This document shows, piece by piece, positions 60,175 through 64,000 of a DNA stretch of 64,000 nt. The stretch covers positions 139,984,815 to 140,048,814 of the forward strand of contig NC_052152.1 in NCBI RefSeq assembly GCF_902713615.1, read 5' to 3'. Below the pieces are notes generated by a model that saw nothing but the letters and a program-made list of their open reading frames with translations, made no database searches and was not told the origin of the DNA. Numbering within the stretch: position 1 is the first letter of the stretch; every line of letters begins with the position of its first letter. The translations under genes were made by a program, and so were the position numbers. Source of the DNA: Scyliorhinus canicula. Its lineage: Eukaryota.

Positions 60175-60477
60175 TTGTTTTCTGCAGCTTTCCCATGCTG
60201 AGAGAGTGTGAACATTATGCAGGGGTCCCCGGAGTTCTGAGATCACGGCAGGGTTGGTGATCAGAGGCTGTCTACCAGCAATATGGCGCTAATTAATGAA
60301 TTTATCTGGGAGCACACGATACTGCACAAAAAATACACCATTGCTGTCGGCGGGTGCAATGCCAATTTTTACACCCGCTATCAGACTTTGCTGATTTCAG
60401 GAAAAATCACAAGCTCACTTTGAAATGGCCAAGAAGGCTGCAGGATTCCCCTAGCTTCGATTAGAGGGTGGAATCTT

Positions 60478-61866
60478 GGATTTGATTTGATTTGATTTAT
60501 TATTGTCACATGTATTAGTATACAGTGAAAAGTATTGTTTCTTGCATGCTGTACAAACAATGCATACCGTACATAGGGAAGGAAGGAGAGACTGCAGAAT
60601 ATAATGTTACAGTTATAGCAATGTGTAGAGAAAAGATCAACTTAATATGAGGTAGATCCACTCAAAAGTCTGATGGCAGTAGGGAGGAAGCTGTTCTTGA
60701 GTCGGTTGGTACGTGACCTCAAACTTTGGTATCTTTTTCTGACGGAAGAAGGTGGAAGAGAGTATGTCCGGTGTGCGTGGGGTCCTTAATTATGCTGGCT
60801 GCCTTTCTGAGGCAGTGGGAATTATAGATAGAGTCAATGGATGGGAGGCTGGTTTGCATGAGGGACTGGGCTACATTCATGACATTTGTAGTTTCCTGTG
60901 GTCTTGGGTAGAGCAGGAACCATACCAAGCTGTGATACAACCAGAAAGAATGCTTTCTATGGTGCATCTGTAGAAGTTGGTAAGGGCCGTAGCTGACATG
61001 CCAAATTTCCTTAGTCTTCTGAGGAAGTAGAGTCGTTGGTGGGCTTTCTTAACTATAGTCTCGGCATGGGGGTGACCAGGACAGGCTGTTGATAATCTGT
61101 ACACTGAAAAACGTGAGGCTCTCGACCCTTTTTACTTTGTTCCATTGATGTAGACAGGGGCATGTTCTCCACTATGCTTCCTGAAGTCGATGACAATATC
61201 CTTTGTTTTGTTGACATTGAGGGAGAGATTATTGTCGTTGCATCAGTTCACCAGATTCTCTATCTCATTCCTGTACTCCGTCTCATCATTGTTTGAAATC
61301 TGACCCACTACGTTGGTGTCATCAGCAAATTTGAAAATCGAATTGGAGGGTAATTTAGCCACACAGTCATAGGTGTACAAGGAGAATAGTAGAGGGCTGA
61401 GGACACAGCCTTGTGAGGCACCAGTGTTGAGGATGATCATGGAGGAGATGTTGTCGCCTATCTTTATTGTTTGTGGCCTGTGGATTAGAAAGTTCAGGAT
61501 CCAGTTGCAGAGGGAGGAGCCGAGGCCAAGGCCACGGAATTTGGAGATGAGTTTCGTAGGAATGATGGTGGTGAAGGCGATAAATAGGAGTCTGACATAG
61601 GTGTCTTTGTTATCTAGGTGTTCCAGGGTAGAGTGCAGGGCCATGAAGATGGCGTCTGCTGTGGACCTGTTGCAGCGGTAGGCGAACTGTAGTGGATCAA
61701 GGCAATCTGGGAGGCTGGAGTTGATTCATGCCATGACTAATCTTTCAAAGCACTCCATGATGATGGATGTCAGAGCCACAGGACGATAGTCATCGAGGCA
61801 CGCTGCTTGACTTTTTTTTGGTACAGGGGTGATGGTCATCTTCTTGAAGCAGATAGGGACCTCAGG
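60478..61866 (-). mobile_element. Rex1/Babar LINE, 5'-truncated
   Basis: [60 protein letters not shown]; 3' end GTGACAATAATA(AATCA)n. Confidence 0.92.
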
Positions 61867-62199
61867 GTCCCTATAGGGATCTGCAGGGTAAACTTCACTG
61901 TGAAACTCTGCCCAGGGATTAGAAGTTACCTGACTGGGAAAGAATAAAGGCACCGGGCCACCTAGAGCAGAGAATAGCTTTGGACTGTTTCTGAGAAAAT
62001 GCAATAGCCACATAAAAGATAAAAGATAAAAGGTAATTTTTAAAGTTAACTGGGTATAAGTTGCCCACTACATAGTGCTTAGTCACTGTTGCTTTTAACT
62101 TTTTTATTGCAATAAAAGTCTTCAGTCTTGAAATTTTGTCCTGTGATCCTTCAAGAAAATCACTGAAAATTCAAATAACTTTTTGAAAGTTATGGTTCG

Positions 62200-62308
62200 C
62201 TATCGGTTTCGCCCCCACAACCCAACGATGTGCAGGCTTGGTGGATTGGCTATGCTAAATTGCCCCTTAATTGGAAAAAAAATTGGGTACTCTAAATTAA
62301 AAAATAAA
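62200..62308 (+). mobile_element. 3' half of the short A-tailed SINE
   Basis: GGTTTCGCCCCCACAACCCAA..GCTAAATTGCCCCTTAATTGGAAAA..GGGTACTCTAAATT. Confidence 0.8.
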
Positions 62309-62359
62309 GCACACTGTTTAATATCTGACTCTAAATCTGGACGTCAATTTAAAGGCATT

Positions 62360-62486
62360 GACTGGGATTCTCCGGCTTCACCGCAGCAGGTTTCCCTATG
62401 ACGGTTGCAGCGAGCCATTCAAACCCACGTTGACTTTGGCGGGATCTACAAATCCTGCCGGTGGGAGAGGACAGAAATTCCTGCCC
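62360..62486. mobile_element. Small Harbinger-type MITE, decayed
   Basis: GACTGGGATTCTCC ... AGAAATTCCTGCCC; flanks ATT/ACT. Confidence 0.6.
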
Positions 62487-62552
62487 ACTCGTACGTCCCC
62501 CTTATTGGTGGTAGACTTAGCACAAGTAATCAGGAGGTAACATCTTCGGACT

Positions 62553-62680
62553 TGAGACCATATGACATAGAAGCAGAATTAGGCCACTCGCTCCATCGTG
62601 CCTGCTCCGCCATTCAATCATAGCTGATATTTTTCTCATCCCCATTCTCCTGCCTTCTCCCCATAACCCCTGATCTCCTT
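62553..62680 (-). mobile_element. CR1 3' tail fragment
   Basis: GACCATATGACATAG..GGCCACTCG..CTCCGCCATTCAATCAT, homologous to 12545-12660. Confidence 0.8.
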
Positions 62681-63289
62681 ACTTCTAGGTATTGAGCGAA
62701 GTCTGGGAGAAAATATTTAAGGAATTTCTAAGTTTGTTGTAGCTACGCCAAAGATGCAGCTACATCTTTTGTGGGCTTTTTGTATTCTCAGTAATAGGTA
62801 AGGACATCTCATAGCCATCATCAGCTCCAGTACATCACCAAGGGCCACAGCACAAAGAGGTAAATTAGGTCAAGAAACAAATCTGAGAAGGAATACTAGG
62901 GAAGCCAATGCAGATGTGGAAAATAAACACAGTAAATTAGTTTCTCTCCATGCAACCCATATCAAGCTCATAACAGGCACAGAGATATGCAAGGACACAG
63001 ACTGGGATCAGTACAATGACACAATTATTGTATGAGAAATGTTGCCAGTAATTGAAGCATCGCATTTTTTCCGTCTACTCTGTAAATATTAAAAATGGCA
63101 TTAATTTATGATGAAGCCATACTGTTAAGACGCAGTGTAGCTGAAAGAATGGACAATATAGTTCTCAGAGCAACTGTAATACCATAGAGTAGAATCAAAC
63201 AAAAAGAAAATCAACTACTCCAGCAACTGTTGTGCTGGCGTGATGCCTCTTTACACATGGACAGATGTTCTTCCCCTCCCTTTTCTGTG

Positions 63290-64000
63290 TCTTAGTGCCT
63301 CTTGATCATTAAGCATCTGCCTGCTGATAGCTCAACTAACAGCAATACCTTTGCCACCTTAGCCTTCTCAGGATCATCATTGAGGGAGACACCAGTCTTT
63401 CCCAGGAACCTGAAAAACGAATTTAACATATCAAAAGCCAATAGCGCTGTGGGGTGGCTTGTAGTGAACATTGCACAGTTGCAGAGACTGTGCAGATGGG
63501 TTATTAGCAATGGCACATGAGCAATAGTTATCAAACTGGCAGTATCTAGCCATTTCTCCCCTTTGAATAGCTGAGCAAAGGTCAATCATCGCAGAATGTA
63601 TTACTCACGGTTCCATAGGTATGCTGACAAGCATGTAAAATATGAAGTCCGTAGTCACGGGCCAACTGTACATTCAGTGAATGAAAGGATTTCCAATTTA
63701 TACATGGTATGCTGCCCAAACAGTCATATGGGTATGAACTATTGATCCTTCAACCCCGGTGAACCATGCTAGTTGCTAAAAGCAATTCTGCCTCTAAAAC
63801 TGATGGAGTTGATCAGTGCCAAATCTCATATATCGCTGCACAAAATCAAACGTTTTCGCTGTACCGACAGACCAGGAGTGCGAACCCTGTAGCAGAAATT
63901 CCCTGTGATGTCCCATTGTTGTACACGGAAGGTCTAAGTGTCAATCTGAGTGCCATATTGGGAACAATGCCCACTGAGGATTGACCTTGGAGGACTTTAT
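63290..64000 (-). pseudogene. Old Harbinger (HARBI1-like) transposase remnant, continues past the window end
   Basis: Minus-strand translation CINWKSFHSLNVQLARDYGLHILHAC..; AFDMLNSFFRFLGKTGVSLNDDPEK..VAKV parallels [25 protein letters not shown]. Confidence 0.7.

Larger units (their letters stand above)
56445..60415. mobile_element. Decayed Harbinger transposon with both ORFs
   Basis: Transposase (+) convergent with an intron-containing Myb-like gene (-); termini decayed. Confidence 0.75.

Noticed and set aside
61870-62200. Possible LTR 3' fragment (AATAAA-containing AT-rich block)
   Set aside because: No termini, TSD or partner copy in the window; it cannot be supported without a database search.
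63349-63665. Apparent pair of spliced minus-strand host exons (WPVTTDF..PFLGKTG..)
   Set aside because: The surrounding frame gives INWKSFHSLNVQL and other Harbinger transposase motifs in order, so a decayed transposase explains it better.
1-64000. Strand bias of retro-insertions as evidence for an enclosing gene
   Set aside because: Minus-strand copies outnumber plus-strand ones only modestly in a small sample, which is not persuasive.

Overview
This is eukaryotic, repeat-saturated vertebrate DNA, not a prokaryotic region. HE1-type SINEs, HER1/CR1 LINEs and Deu-domain SINEs point to a cartilaginous fish, probably a shark (inferred from repeat families). I found no intact host protein-coding gene. 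The window is a stack of nested mobile elements. (1) PIF/Harbinger DNA transposons: four decayed transposase genes plus one doubtful remnant, two decayed intron-containing Myb/SANT-like partner genes, and about a dozen GC-rich MITEs with GGGC(G/T)(G/C)GATTCTCC termini and 3-bp TSDs. (2) LTR elements: two internally deleted Gypsy elements, a solo LTR, and a retrovirus-like integrase remnant. (3) LINEs of five clades (CR1, Rex1/Babar, L1, L2, RTE), including one young CR1 with an unbroken RT frame and one CR1 preceded by a 46-bp monomer array. (4) Several SINE families, Penelope-like fragments with hammerhead-ribozyme architecture, and a 2.4-kb polypyrimidine minisatellite containing two assembly gaps. 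The strongest candidates for something undescribed are: SINEs that pair shared heads with tails for different LINE clades, a U3:A8 covariant hammerhead in a head-to-head Penelope-like pair, MITEs carrying palindromic GCGCATGCGC/TGACGTCA cassettes, and the monomer array at a CR1 5' end. All family assignments were made by eye and need a database check. Boundaries of old elements are approximate.
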